Assembly (NCBI GenBank): GCA_963664395.2
Contig: OY761159.2
Span: forward strand, 3,872,001-3,936,000
Length of the DNA: 64,000 bases
From: Candidatus Binatia bacterium
GTDB lineage: Bacteria; Desulfobacterota; Binatia; Bin18
Direction of reading: 5' to 3'
This document shows, piece by piece, positions 63,127 to 64,000 of the stretch (its first letter is position 1; the number at the start of each line of letters is the position of its first letter). The notes below the pieces were generated by a model. That model was not told the DNA's origin, made no database searches, and saw nothing but the letters and a program-made list of their open reading frames with translations. Position numbers and translations under genes: made by a program.

Positions 63127-63999
63127 CTAGGGGCAGGAAGGTGGGGCTGGGCAGTGCTGAAGGACGACACTTAAGGTACGCTCAACCGCCCCTTGTGTTT
63201 GCTCAATGGTCTTACGTGCGCGCGCTCCAGTCTGCTGGCGTAGGTGGGTATCGGTAAGCAGTGGAAGAGCAGCATCATGCAAACTGCGCGCGTCGTAAAT
63301 TTCAATTCCTGCTTGGGCTTTTTTCAGGCTTGCAACAACCGCCGAAAAATTTCGTGTATGCGGACCAAAACAGACCGGAACCCCTGCTAATGCCGGTTCA
63401 ATCACGCTATGCCCGCCCGGGCCCGGGATCAGACTGCCACCAACAAAGACGAGAGCAGCCGCGGCATAAAAACTGGCCAGTTCTCCGAGTGTATCCAAAA
63501 GAAACACCTCAGTGTCAGGCGGTGCAGGCGCGCAGCAAGTGCTGCGTTTGATAGAGCGATAGCCCCTCTGGTGCAACAAAGCGTCTACTTGAGAAAAACG
63601 TTCCGGATGACGTGGAGCAAGGAGTAAAAGAAGTTGGGGAATACGGCTGCGTAGCCTCCGAACGGCTTGGAGTAATATTTCCTCTTCGGAGTCGTGGGTG
63701 CTTGCGCCAATAAGCAACGGTCGGTCGGCAAAACCGGCCTGGGCTAAAATTGCTCTGCCTGCATCTCCGCCTGTGCCGACGCCGTCAACCTTGAAATTTC
63801 CTGTAACCCGGACGCGTCGAACGTCCGCGCCAGCCGCAATGAGGCGCTGAGCATCTTCCTGCGTCTGCATGCAACACGCGCTAATGCTCTGAAAGACTGG
63901 ACGAAAGAAGGAAGCGAGCAGGCCATAGCGCTGTTGTGCCCGTACAGAGAAACGGCCGCTCACCAGGAGGGTAGGGATGTGCCGACGTGCAAGACTCGA
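63127..63999 (-). CDS. waaA: Kdo transferase WaaA (5' part outside the window)
   Basis: Frame open to the window edge; SGRFS, TGNFKVD, GASTH..EE, LAPRHPER, DTLGEL, FVGGSL..GGH..IEPA. Confidence 0.96.
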   Translation of the reverse strand, partial: SSLARRHIPTLLVSGRFSVRAQQRYGLLASFFRPVFQSISACCMQTQEDAQRLIAAGADVRRVRVTGNFKVDGVGTGGDAGRAILAQAGFADRPLLIGASTHDSEEEILLQAVRRLRSRIPQLLLLLAPRHPERFSQVDALLHQRGYRSIKRSTCCAPAPPDTEVFLLDTLGELASFYAAAALVFVGGSLIPGPGGHSVIEPALAGVPVCFGPHTRNFSAVVASLKKAQAGIEIYDARSLHDAALPLLTDTHLRQQTGARARKTIEQTQGAVERTLSVVLQHCPAPPSCP

Positions 64000-64000
64000 T

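Noticed and set aside
1-64000. CRISPR array, rRNA, tmRNA, riboswitch or IS element
   Set aside because: No regularly spaced repeats, terminal inverted repeats or recognisable conserved RNA motifs were seen; intergenic space is minimal. A covariance-model scan would be needed to exclude small RNAs.

Overview
Core-chromosome segment of a Gram-negative bacterium. Gene order and protein style suggest a deltaproteobacterial-type lineage (inference only). Left to right: clpX-lon, tRNA-Val/Asp, rplM-rpsI, convergent lptG/lptF, rlmB, a tRNA Thr-Tyr-Gly-Thr cluster, then the tuf-rpmG-tRNA-Trp-secE-nusG-rplKAJL-rpoBC-rpsLG-tuf-S10-spc-alpha superoperon. After that come a SPOR gene, trpDCFBA-accD-folC-lptD-hldC-rpmB, and one long minus-strand run from LPS core/lipid A genes (with an inserted hicBA toxin-antitoxin pair) through hldA-yicC-gmk-rel. 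No CRISPR, rRNA, integrase or transposase was seen. Main observations: (1) fusA is missing from the str operon, but the rpsG-tuf spacer retains an eroded EF-G domain IV relic whose best-preserved motif (VDSSEIAFRIA) coincides with a near-consensus sigma70 promoter. (2) The two apparently identical tuf copies have an extreme G-rich, C-poor sense-strand codon skew (27/28 four-fold sites G in the first 60 codons, versus 6/27 in rpsG). (3) The LPS operon has unusual parts: a kinase::GT2 fusion, a stand-alone GT2 C-terminal module, a cytoplasmic Thr-type sulfatase-fold enzyme, a methyltransferase with a degenerate SAM loop, and a translationally coupled hicBA. (4) adk, infA and rpoZ are absent from their usual positions. 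All calls are by motif recognition without database searches, and several start codons were moved from the ORF track.
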